From NCBI GenBank assembly GCA_965242965.1, contig OZ251518.1, positions 928,001-992,000 on the forward strand: a stretch of 64,000 nt of DNA. Direction: 5' to 3'. Source of the stretch: Candidatus Poribacteria bacterium. Lineage in GTDB: Bacteria > Poribacteria > WGA-4E > WGA-3G. Below, in pieces: positions 39,328-47,973 of this stretch (position 1 is its first letter; each line of letters starts with the position of its first letter). Position numbers and translations under genes: made by a program. The notes under the pieces were generated by a model. That model was not told the origin of the DNA, ran no database searches, and was given only the letters and a program-made list of their open reading frames with translations.

Positions 39328-40176
39328 ATGAACCTATTTTTTTCCGGGATCCACCGCGTGTTCGCGCTGTTTTGTCTTTTTCTCGCAGTGAGTCTAGGAT
39401 GCGCCGGGACAACCTCCGACGTGCAGATGTCGCCGGCGGATGCAGAACAGTTAGACTTGATCCTAAGCACGCTTCAGGCGAGATACGCGCTGACCGGCTC
39501 TCTCAAAATCACCAAAATGATGGTAACCATCGAAGAGGGGCAGCACAGCGAGGAACTCCGCGAATTGTTGTGGTATAAGAAATCGGCAGCAGGCGGAGAG
39601 CTGCTCCATATCCAAGCGTTGGGTCCGTTTAATGAGACGCGCGGTGTTGCCATCGCAAACCAAGATGCGAACCAATTCCTCCTCGCGCTAATCAACGAGC
39701 AGAAGGCTTACGTCGGCGAGTTATCCGACGGTGCTTTGCGGGAGATTTTCGGCATCGCACTGCGCGTTTCTGATGTCCTGAGTGCCATTTTCGCCAATCC
39801 GTTCCTTGACGAACGCACCGATGGGCTCACGCTTGAAAGTTCCGGCGCGAAGTTCGTCATCACGCGCCCGGGGATTCAGGAAGGAGAGGTAGAGACGATT
39901 ACCGTCTTCGTGCGAGACGAGGAGCCGCGCGTGACAGAATGGCGCGTCCATGACAACACCGGTGAACTGCAACAACGCGCCGCCTTCGCCGACTATCGTG
40001 AAGTGGGTGGCATTCTCAGGCCTCATAACGTTGAAATTGAACGTCCGCTTGAGCAGACCCGGGTCACGGTGAAAATCGCCAAAGTCGAAATGAACGTTGA
40101 GATTTCGGAGAGTAAGTTTAACACTGAACCGTTTTTGACGGAGGATATTGAAATCGTCCCTTTAAATGCTCCGTAA
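39328..40176 (+). CDS. Lipoprotein, DUF4292/LolA-LolB-like
   Basis: Lipobox-like SLGC; FADYREVGG..PH..EI..N.EISESKF tail; sits upstream of ispE where lolB lies in Proteobacteria. Confidence 0.65.
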   Translation: MNLFFSGIHRVFALFCLFLAVSLGCAGTTSDVQMSPADAEQLDLILSTLQARYALTGSLKITKMMVTIEEGQHSEELRELLWYKKSAAGGELLHIQALGPFNETRGVAIANQDANQFLLALINEQKAYVGELSDGALREIFGIALRVSDVLSAIFANPFLDERTDGLTLESSGAKFVITRPGIQEGEVETITVFVRDEEPRVTEWRVHDNTGELQQRAAFADYREVGGILRPHNVEIERPLEQTRVTVKIAKVEMNVEISESKFNTEPFLTEDIEIVPLNAP

Positions 40177-40835
40177 TTCGTAGGGCGAGGGCCTGTCCCT
40201 TGTTAGTCACCGCTCCGTGATTCGTAGGGCGAGGGCCTGTCCCTCGCCATCGCTCGCGCTATGGAAAAAACGTCTCTTCTTCTCTTCAGGTCAGTAGGAC
40301 CTAAAACGCCACCGCTTGACGATGGCGATCGCGGGGGACAGGCCCCCGCGCTACGGTTGTCGAGGCCGCCTCCCTTCACCGTAGGGCGAGGGCCTGTCCC
40401 TCGCCATCGCTCGCGCTATGGAAAAACGTCTCTTGTTCTCTTCAGGGCCGTAGGACCTAAAACGCCATCTCCTGCCGATGGAGATCGCGGGGGACAGGCC
40501 CCCGCGCTACGGTTGTCGAGGCCGCCTCCCCTCACCGTAGGGCGAGGGCCTGTCCCTCGCCATCGCTCGCGCTATGGAAAAAACGTCTCTTCTTCTCTTC
40601 AGATCCGTAGGATCTAAAACGCATCGTGCCGATGGCGATCGCGGGGGACAGGCCCCCGCGCTACGGTTGTCGAGGCCGCCTCCCTTCACCGTAGGGCGAG
40701 GGCCTGTCCCTCGCCATCGCTCGCGTCCGCGCAATCCAACGATCGCGGGGGACAGGCCCCCGCGCTACGGGAACATCAAGACCCGAGGTCTTTCCTACTG
40801 GGGAGCAATCGAGACCCGAGGTCTCTCCTACCGGG
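40177..40835. repeat. Tandem ~155-bp REP-doublet units x3 plus flanking REPs
   Basis: Units begin at ~40223, 40380, 40536, 40690. Confidence 0.9.
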
Positions 40836-40872
40836 GAAACGGAATCAAACCATCAGACGAGGGAGGATTGTA

Positions 40873-41763
40873 ATGAAAAAACACGCCACCTTGCGGGTTC
40901 GCGCCCACGCCAAAATTAACCTCTATCTCAACGTGCTTGGCAAACGCGACGATGGCTACCACGAACTAGAGACGATTTTCCATTCCATCGCGTTGCATGA
41001 CGATGTTATCATCCAACCAAGCCGCGCGAACGGAATAACGGTTCGCTGCGGACATCCGGGTGTTCCGGATGATGCGCGCAACCTTGCGTATCGCGCGGCG
41101 CAGTGCATCAGCGATGCTGTCGGTGGCATCAGCGGCGTGGCAATTGAAATTCACAAGCGTATCCCTGTTGCGGCGGGGCTCGCCGGGGGGAGCGCGAACG
41201 CCGCCGCTGTCCTGCACGGCATCAATCAACTTTTCGGATGTGGCCTCACACAAGCGGAATTAATGCAGATGGGCACCGGGTTAGGAGCAGATGTGCCCTT
41301 CTGTCTGCACGGCGGTGCGGCGTTTGGACGCGGCATTGGGGAGCACCTCACGCCGCTTCCCGCGCTTCCGGGTACCCCAATACTGCTTTTAAAACCCGAT
41401 ATTGCAGTTTCTACGGCGAATATTTTCAAAAAATTGCATTTTTTCTTGACAAATGGCAAAAAATGTAGTATAATTATAGAGACGTTTGTGAAAAAAGGCG
41501 ATATCGTTGGCATCGGCGCGAATTTATACAATCGACTCGAAGAACCGGCGTTCGCCGCGCATCCCGAAATTGCAGTGCTCAAAACCGAACTATCTACGCA
41601 GGCTGAATGCCACGGTGCGCTGATGTCGGGGAGTGGAGCCACGGTGTTCGGGCTGATGCGTGACATTGCGGTAGCAGAACGGACTGCATCGCGCTTTCAA
41701 AACAACGTCGCTTTCTGCACAACGACAGCGACAAGTGCTGTTGGGGTGCATATTGACTCATAA
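40873..41763 (+). CDS. ispE: 4-diphosphocytidyl-2-C-methyl-D-erythritol kinase
   Basis: AKINLYL.V.GKRDDGYHEL, KRIPVAAGLAGGSANAA, GADVPF, MSGSG. Confidence 0.96.
   Translation: MKKHATLRVRAHAKINLYLNVLGKRDDGYHELETIFHSIALHDDVIIQPSRANGITVRCGHPGVPDDARNLAYRAAQCISDAVGGISGVAIEIHKRIPVAAGLAGGSANAAAVLHGINQLFGCGLTQAELMQMGTGLGADVPFCLHGGAAFGRGIGEHLTPLPALPGTPILLLKPDIAVSTANIFKKLHFFLTNGKKCSIIIETFVKKGDIVGIGANLYNRLEEPAFAAHPEIAVLKTELSTQAECHGALMSGSGATVFGLMRDIAVAERTASRFQNNVAFCTTTATSAVGVHIDS
41446..41474 (+). promoter_or_regulatory. Consensus sigma70 promoter inside ispE
   Basis: TTGACA-17bp-TATAAT perfect match, AT-rich upstream tract. Confidence 0.8.
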
Positions 41764-41835
41764 AGGGCGGTGGCCAAGCGGTAAGGCACAGGTCTTTGGA
41801 ACCTGCATGCGTAGGTTCGAATCCTACCCGCCCTG
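41764..41835 (+). tRNA. tRNA-Gln(TTG), CCA not encoded
   Basis: Acceptor AGGGCGG/CCGCCCT, anticodon arm CAGGT-CTTTGGA-ACCTG, T-loop GGTTCGAATCC. Confidence 0.95.
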
Positions 41836-41937
41836 TTTTCTATTACGGTGTTCGTTCATGAGAACGCCGCTGGCAGGCGCGGTTTGAAACCGCGCCTACC
41901 GGCATTTACGAATTTTTGTGTGTAAAGGAAAAGAGAA

Positions 41938-42618
41938 ATGCAACAAGCCAAATTAACGGTTCAATCTCGTGACACGTTTGGAAAGCAGCACGCGCGCGCA
42001 TTGCGCCGGGCAGGCGGTTTTCCGGCGGTTTTATACGGACGCGGCCAGGACACCGTGTCAATTCAAATCAACGCGCGCGCCTTCAAACAATTCCTCCGCA
42101 CTTATGGTGAGAACGTCATCATTAACATGGAAATCGGCGAGGGAGCCCCCGAAACGGTTATTATCAAGGAGATCCAACGTCATCCGGTGGAGAAACAGAC
42201 TCTCGTGCATGCCGATTTTGTCAGAATCTCGTTAGACGAGCCGGTTTCTTCCCCTGTGCCGGTTGTTTTGACAGGCACGCCGCCGGGTGTGCAGGAGGGC
42301 GGTGTGCTTGAATTGCAACTCCGCCAACTGACACTTCACTGCCTCCCCACGCAGTTGCCGAACGAGGTGCAGGTTGATGTCAGCACGATGGAAATCGGCG
42401 ATATTGTTTACGTGAGCGATTTAAACCTCGCAGAGGAAATTGAGGTGTTGGATGAGCCGCAACGCATAGTAGCGGCAGTGAGCCAGCCTCGTGTCCAAGT
42501 CGAAGCGACACCTGATGAAGAGGCTGAAGGTGAAGGCGAAGGCGAAGGCGAAGAGGAAGGAGCCGCCGATGCACCCTCGGAACCTGAAGTTATTTCCAAG
42601 AGGCGCGACGATAGTTAA
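41938..42618 (+). CDS. rplY: 50S ribosomal protein L25/Ctc
   Basis: GK..AR.LRRAG.FPAVLYG, IKEIQRHPV, HADF, acidic tail EPEVI. Confidence 0.95.
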   Translation: MQQAKLTVQSRDTFGKQHARALRRAGGFPAVLYGRGQDTVSIQINARAFKQFLRTYGENVIINMEIGEGAPETVIIKEIQRHPVEKQTLVHADFVRISLDEPVSSPVPVVLTGTPPGVQEGGVLELQLRQLTLHCLPTQLPNEVQVDVSTMEIGDIVYVSDLNLAEEIEVLDEPQRIVAAVSQPRVQVEATPDEEAEGEGEGEGEEEGAADAPSEPEVISKRRDDS

Positions 42619-43720
42619 TAGCACGCGCTGCCTCATCGGTATTTTGGTCGGGACGCTGATGGCACTCAGCAGCGTCGCGCAAGCACCCTCCGTGCGCTTC
42701 CTTGACATGGGGGGCAAGACGCTCGCTGACGTGCCAATCGTCCTTCATGCCGAACGGATTTACCTCCCCGTTGCCGCGGTGAAAACGGTATTTGATGCAG
42801 CGGCAACGCAGCAATACAATCTACCCAGAAAACGGCTCACCCTGAAAACGAAAGGGAAAACCGTCCGGTTAGAAATGGGGGAGACTACCGTCAGCATCGA
42901 TGCCGGTAGACAGACGCTGGAACTCTCTGTCCCACCCCAGGTCATCCAAGGCTCTCCGATGCTCCCCCTTGCTTTTTTTCTGGAGGTGCTCCCTGTCTTG
43001 GACGACATTGAGGTGCTTTACAATCCTAGCTTGCAACGCGTCCGATTCATGCCAAAAACCCACTGGCAACCTGCCGAGGCAGATGCATCGCGAGAATGGA
43101 CAGTTATCATCGACCCGGGGCATGGCGGCGCTGCCGACAGGGGATGCGAAAGCAACACCGGGCTTCTCGAAAAAGATGTCGTGCTCACCCTTGCGAAACA
43201 ACTCAAACTTATCAGCAGACAGCATGGATACCAGGCGAACCTCACCCGCGAAACGGATGTGAAGAAGACGCAGCTGGAACGCATTCAGATTGCCAACGGA
43301 AATCAGGGGCAACTCCTGCTTAGTTTACACTGCAACGCCTCGTTTTCACCACAGGAGAAGGGCATTCGGATTTACCTCAATAACCCTAAGGGGCAACTCC
43401 GATTTCCCGCTGCGGCGACTTCAACGCTGACAGGGAACCGGTTAAAGATTTTATCGCAAGCCAATTTTCTGAAGCAGAGCCAAGAATTTGCTGCAGTGCT
43501 GCAGCAGGAACTCAGCTTCTTGACAGAAAGCCCGGTAGTCATCGCCGAATTGCCGCTCGTCGCATTGTCAAAGGCGTACATGCCTGCCGTGTTGGTGGAA
43601 CTCGGATACCTCTCGCATGCAGAAGATGCTGGCAGACTCGCCAACGCTGAGCACATCGCGGGCATTGCAACGGCGATTGCCCGTGCAATCCAGACATATC
43701 GGGCATCTATCAGTCAATAA
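42611..43720 (+). CDS. N-acetylmuramoyl-L-alanine amidase (Amidase_3) with N-terminal stalk domain
   Basis: IDPGHGG, LEKD, SLHCNA, LVELGY; start uncertain (ATA 42611 or ATG 42659). Confidence 0.85.
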   Translation: MVNSTRCLIGILVGTLMALSSVAQAPSVRFLDMGGKTLADVPIVLHAERIYLPVAAVKTVFDAAATQQYNLPRKRLTLKTKGKTVRLEMGETTVSIDAGRQTLELSVPPQVIQGSPMLPLAFFLEVLPVLDDIEVLYNPSLQRVRFMPKTHWQPAEADASREWTVIIDPGHGGAADRGCESNTGLLEKDVVLTLAKQLKLISRQHGYQANLTRETDVKKTQLERIQIANGNQGQLLLSLHCNASFSPQEKGIRIYLNNPKGQLRFPAAATSTLTGNRLKILSQANFLKQSQEFAAVLQQELSFLTESPVVIAELPLVALSKAYMPAVLVELGYLSHAEDAGRLANAEHIAGIATAIARAIQTYRASISQ

Positions 43721-43769
43721 TACGGAGAATCTCTGTAAATCGGGCGCGCCTGACGTATCTAACAACACA

Positions 43770-43886
43770 CTGTAGGCGAGTCCTCCCGTATCGGGACAGG
43801 GATGTCCCTCCTACCGCACGCGGGCTATTCGGCGTAATGCGGGACGGGGATGTCCCTCCTACTGCACGCGGGCTGTTCAGTGTAAG
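43770..43886. repeat. REP cluster with ~46-bp duplication
   Basis: CGGGACRGGGATGTCCCTCCTAC(C/T)GCACGCGGGCT twice. Confidence 0.8.
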
Positions 43887-44010
43887 TTGGCATAATCTTC
43901 CATTTTCTGATAAACGGAGAGACGTTCCTAGCCTCCCTAAAACCTAAACAAATCGGGAGAAATTGCAATAAAACTTGACAACCCGCCTCAAATGTGGTAT
44001 CCTTATGGGT

Positions 44011-44616
44011 ATGAATACACTCATGTCACCAAAGAAAGCGGCGGCGACGTTGGACGTTTCGATCGAACATCGCCGCAGGATGGAAGCACGCGGTGAAATC
44101 GAATGCGTGCGGACAGGAGGCGGACATCGGCGTTACGATGTTCAGAAGTTTATTGATGCACAACGCAAACCAGAAATTACTACCCTTTGCTACTGCCGCG
44201 TCAGTGGCAGGGCGCAGGCGGACACCCTCGCCTCGCAAGTCGCCTCTATGCACGAGAAATTCCCCGAAGCGGCAGTCATCGAAGACTTCGGCAGCGGCAT
44301 CAACTTCAAGCGGAAGGGACTCCAGAGGATATTGGAACGCCTCTTGCGCGGTGATAAACGCCGAATTGTGGTCGCCCATCGGGATAGAATCGCCCGATTC
44401 GGCAGCGAAGTCATTCGGTATCTGGTCGAACAAAACGGTGGAGAAGTCGTGGTTCTCAACGCAACTGCACAGAGTCCCGAAGAGGAACTTACTGCCGATT
44501 TGCTGGAGATTCTCCACGTCTTTTCCTCACGGATGTATGGACTCAGGCACTACCGTGACAAGATCAAGGAAGATACGCATCTTACCCACAAACGAACAGA
44601 AGGCGATGCTGCGTAG
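44011..44616 (+). CDS. tnpA: IS607 transposase (MerR-like HTH + serine recombinase)
   Basis: RTGGGHRRY, YCRVS, D.GSGINFKRKGL, VAHRDRIARFG, EELTADLLEILHVFSSRMYG; promoter TTGACA-17-TATCCT at 43975-44003. Confidence 0.92.
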   Translation: MNTLMSPKKAAATLDVSIEHRRRMEARGEIECVRTGGGHRRYDVQKFIDAQRKPEITTLCYCRVSGRAQADTLASQVASMHEKFPEAAVIEDFGSGINFKRKGLQRILERLLRGDKRRIVVAHRDRIARFGSEVIRYLVEQNGGEVVVLNATAQSPEEELTADLLEILHVFSSRMYGLRHYRDKIKEDTHLTHKRTEGDAA

Positions 44617-45688
44617 GTGGGAAGGTATCTCACGGTATGTCTACAACGCGGCAGTGAAACAGATGACGAAAGGCAGGAAGGTGTATGCACCTGATCTGTT
44701 GGTTTCACTGCCTGAGTGGACGACGAAGTGTCCACGTCACATCCGTGTCGGCGCAGTGATGGATGCCAAGAAGGCGATTACGGCGGCACGGCGGAAGTGG
44801 AAAGAAACAGGTGAACCTCAGCGTGTGAAGTTCCGCAGGAAAAAGAATACCACGAAGTCATTCTACCTGTGCGCGCAATTCATCAAAGATTCAGGATTTT
44901 ATGTTCGCCTGCTCGGTGATATGAAATATACCGAACCACTCCCAGCGAAGCCTCAAGGGCCAGGGAAAAAGGCGGAACGTGATCATGAATCGGAAGTGAA
45001 GGACAGCCGCGTGGTATTAGAAAACGGCCGGTTTTACCTGAACGTCAGTTACATCGAGAAACCAAAGCCGCGAGACTCAAACGGCGATATCGTAGCACTC
45101 GACCCGGGCGTTCGGACATTCCTAACAATGTATTCCGAGAAGGCGTTTGGCTGGTTAGGGCATCACGCCATCGGTAGGATTCAGAGGTTGTGTCACCATG
45201 CAGATAACCTCTACTCCCGCGCAGCTCAGGCGGCGCGGCCGCTACGCCGCACCCTGCGACACTGCGCACAGAAGATTCAGAAGAAGATTCAGCATCTTGT
45301 GGATGAACTCCACAAGAAAATCGCACACTTCCTTGTCACCAACTTCGACGTGATCCTGCTTCCGACGTTTGAGACGCAGCAGATGGTTAAGCGTGGTGCG
45401 AGGAAACTCCGGAAGAAGTCTGTTCGGCAAATGTTGACGTTATCTCACTACCAATTCAAGGTATTCCTGAAACAGAAGGCGCAGGAATATGGTGTGCAGG
45501 TGGTGGATGCAAACGAGGCATACACGTCAAAGACGCTATCTTGGACAGGCGACATCGTTGAGAATCTCGGCGGTGCAAAGGTGATTACTGATGCAGACGG
45601 TAATCGGTGTGACAGGGATTTAAACAGCGCACGTGGGATTTTCATTGCGGAAGTTTCACGTGCTTTGAGGGTTCTTCCATCTGCGTAA
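44537..45688 (+). CDS. tnpB: RNA-guided endonuclease TnpB (IS607, DPG-type)
   Basis: KIRILPT.EQ HTH, ALDPGVRTF, LLPTFET, NEAYTSKT, DRDLNSARGI; start approximate. Confidence 0.9.
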   Translation: MDSGTTVTRSRKIRILPTNEQKAMLRRWEGISRYVYNAAVKQMTKGRKVYAPDLLVSLPEWTTKCPRHIRVGAVMDAKKAITAARRKWKETGEPQRVKFRRKKNTTKSFYLCAQFIKDSGFYVRLLGDMKYTEPLPAKPQGPGKKAERDHESEVKDSRVVLENGRFYLNVSYIEKPKPRDSNGDIVALDPGVRTFLTMYSEKAFGWLGHHAIGRIQRLCHHADNLYSRAAQAARPLRRTLRHCAQKIQKKIQHLVDELHKKIAHFLVTNFDVILLPTFETQQMVKRGARKLRKKSVRQMLTLSHYQFKVFLKQKAQEYGVQVVDANEAYTSKTLSWTGDIVENLGGAKVITDADGNRCDRDLNSARGIFIAEVSRALRVLPSA

Positions 45689-45763
45689 GCGGATGCAAAC
45701 CACGCGGTCGAGATGGTAACGCAATGGACGTTATCTCTGCTCTTGTCTCGATTTGTGTAGGTT
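45620..45763 (+). ncRNA. Predicted omegaRNA scaffold
   Basis: Expected position at tnpB 3' end/right end; GNRA hairpin CATCTGC-GTAA-GCGGATG (45678-45695) and GAGAT..AACG/CGTTATCTC stem; 5' boundary is a guess. Confidence 0.45.
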
Positions 45764-45778
45764 CAAAGGAACAGAACA

Positions 45779-46732
45779 GTGACAAACACCCAAGAACGCG
45801 TCATACGCGCACAAGGCTGCCTCCTCGGACAACTTGCAGGCGATTCGCTAGGAAGCCTCGTTGAATTCCAAAGTTCGGCATCCATCAAACGCCAATATCC
45901 TGAACGTATCCGCGACATGGAAGACGGAGGCACCTGGAACCTCATCGCGGGGCAACCAACAGATGACTCCGAACTCGCCTTAATGCTCGCACGAACCCTC
46001 GTGGAAAAAGGGGCATTCGACCGGGGGGCCATTCGGGAGGCGTACCTCTTCTGGTTTAACTCCGGTCCGTTTGATATAGGGAGCACCACTGCGACTGGAC
46101 TTGAAAACCGCCACAATCCGTCTAGCCAATCAAACGGCGCGCTGATGCGAGTAAGTCCGCTCGGCATCTTCGGCACGAATTACGCCTCAACGCAGGTGGC
46201 AGAGTGGGCACGTCAGGATGCCGCTATTACACACATTCATCAGGTATGCCAAACCGTCAGCGCGCTGTTTGCGATGGCAATTGCTTACGTCATCCGGACG
46301 GGATGCGATGCCGAAACGCTTTATGCGCAGATTGTCGCCTGGGCAGACGAAATAGATGCCGATGAGAGTATCGTCAAGGTTATTCGCGATGCACAGGATG
46401 CACCGCCTGCGGATTTTTATTTCCAACAAGGCTGGGTATTAATTGCGTTTCAGAACGCGCTTTACCAACTGCTTCACGCGCCAGACACCGAAGAAGCAAT
46501 TATTGACACCGTTATGAGCGGCGGCGATACCGATACGAACGCTGCCATCTGTGGTGCGCTGTGGGGGGCAGTAAACGGCCTGGAATCTATTCCTGAACGG
46601 TGGCAGGAAACTTTGCGCAATTGCCGCCCGGAAGCCGGGAAACCGGGAGTTTACCAGCCACGTCCTGAATGTTTTTGGCCCGTAGACGCTTTGGAATTAG
46701 CGGACAAACTAGTCCGCGCTCACGCAGCGTAA
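45779..46732 (+). CDS. ADP-ribosylglycohydrolase (DraG/ARH family)
   Basis: GDSLG, GQPTDDSE, DIG.TT, SNGALMR, GGDTDTNAAI.GAL.GA. Confidence 0.92.
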   Translation: MTNTQERVIRAQGCLLGQLAGDSLGSLVEFQSSASIKRQYPERIRDMEDGGTWNLIAGQPTDDSELALMLARTLVEKGAFDRGAIREAYLFWFNSGPFDIGSTTATGLENRHNPSSQSNGALMRVSPLGIFGTNYASTQVAEWARQDAAITHIHQVCQTVSALFAMAIAYVIRTGCDAETLYAQIVAWADEIDADESIVKVIRDAQDAPPADFYFQQGWVLIAFQNALYQLLHAPDTEEAIIDTVMSGGDTDTNAAICGALWGAVNGLESIPERWQETLRNCRPEAGKPGVYQPRPECFWPVDALELADKLVRAHAA

Positions 46733-46781
46733 CCCCCGTAGGCGCGGTTTCAAACCGCGCTTCCAATCAAGGGAAAAGCAA

Positions 46782-47357
46782 ATGAAACGGACAGGATTTT
46801 CCAGATTCTTGGTAATATGGGGCATCACCTTCGTTGGCATCGCAATCGGCCTTGCCGCGACGCTTTACCTCATCTCCCAGTCACAGCAGACAGCCATGCC
46901 GCTGCCGCCGCCCCCGTTGCCTACGGCAGCCAACCCGACAGATACGCCGCCGCCGCAAAATGTCAACCTCTTTCTTCTAGCACCGACGACGCTTGAACTT
47001 GTTCCCGTAAAAACCCAACGGCGACTTTACGCCGAAAGAACCAAACGCCTCAAACAGATAGTCACCGCGCTCATTCAGGCGAAACCGCCCGACTTCCGAA
47101 ACCCGATTCCAGGCGGCACCGAACTTCATGAAGTCTATGTCGATAGCCAAGGCACCGCCTATCTAGATTTTTCGCGCCACCTCACCGAGGGGCATATTGG
47201 CGGAACCCAAGCGGAATTTTTGACAGTTGCGGCTATCCTGAAGACCATCTTCGACGCGTTCCCTGATAAAATTAGACAGGTGCAGTTCCTCATTGACGGC
47301 AACGAAATTGAGACGCTCGCCGGGCATTTGAACCTTTCGCAACCCCTGCGGTTTTAG
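46782..47357 (+). CDS. GerMN domain protein
   Basis: N-terminal TM, Pro-rich linker, AYLDFS, VQFLIDG.E.ETLAGH. Confidence 0.85.
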   Translation: MKRTGFSRFLVIWGITFVGIAIGLAATLYLISQSQQTAMPLPPPPLPTAANPTDTPPPQNVNLFLLAPTTLELVPVKTQRRLYAERTKRLKQIVTALIQAKPPDFRNPIPGGTELHEVYVDSQGTAYLDFSRHLTEGHIGGTQAEFLTVAAILKTIFDAFPDKIRQVQFLIDGNEIETLAGHLNLSQPLRF

Positions 47358-47372
47358 CAACGGAGCGATACT

Positions 47373-47927
47373 GTGAAACTCATCGTTGGGTTGGGCAACC
47401 CCGGGCCGCGCTACGCAAACACGAGACATAACGTCGGTTTTCGCGCGCTTGACATCCTCATGAAACAGGGTGAGAATAAAATCGTGTCGCGCTATAATTC
47501 TCTCATCATGGAGACAACGCTTCACGACACGTCAATTGTCCTCGCGAAGCCGCTGACTTACATGAATAACAGCGGCAGTGCCGTCGCGGCATTGGTGCAT
47601 CAACTTGAAATCCCACTTACGGAACTCTGCGTCGTTTATGACGATATCCACTTGGATGTGGGGGCCATTCGGATGCGCCGAAAGGGCAGCGACGGTGGGC
47701 ACAACGGCATGAAGTCTATCATCGGCAGTTTGCACACCACTGAATTTCCGCGTCTGCGCATCGGTGTCGGCGAACCCACCGGCGCGCAGGTAGATTACGT
47801 CCTCAGCGAGTTTACAGACGCAGAGGCACAAGAGATAGAAGAAGCAGTGCAACGCGCCGTTGATGCGGTGGAAACCTTTATCACTGATGGAATTCTTACC
47901 GCAATGAATCGGTTTAACGGCAGGTAG
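47373..47927 (+). CDS. pth: Peptidyl-tRNA hydrolase
   Basis: GLGNPG..Y..TRHNVGF, KPLTYMN.SG, DD, GGHNG, RLRIG, MNRFN. Confidence 0.97.
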   Translation: MKLIVGLGNPGPRYANTRHNVGFRALDILMKQGENKIVSRYNSLIMETTLHDTSIVLAKPLTYMNNSGSAVAALVHQLEIPLTELCVVYDDIHLDVGAIRMRRKGSDGGHNGMKSIIGSLHTTEFPRLRIGVGEPTGAQVDYVLSEFTDAEAQEIEEAVQRAVDAVETFITDGILTAMNRFNGR

Positions 47928-47973
47928 GGGCCAACACTCTACCGTGCATCCGAGTGGGTAAAGAGGATAAACA

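Larger units (their letters stand above)
43941..45763 (+). mobile_element. IS607-family insertion sequence (tnpA + tnpB)
   Basis: Serine recombinase overlapping tnpB; imperfect 21-bp inverted repeat 43941-43961 / 45743-45763 (18/21); exact ends inferred. Confidence 0.85.

Noticed and set aside
43886-44010. Group I intron making the IS607 an IStron
   Set aside because: Only ~70 bp between the inferred left end and tnpA, too short for an intron core
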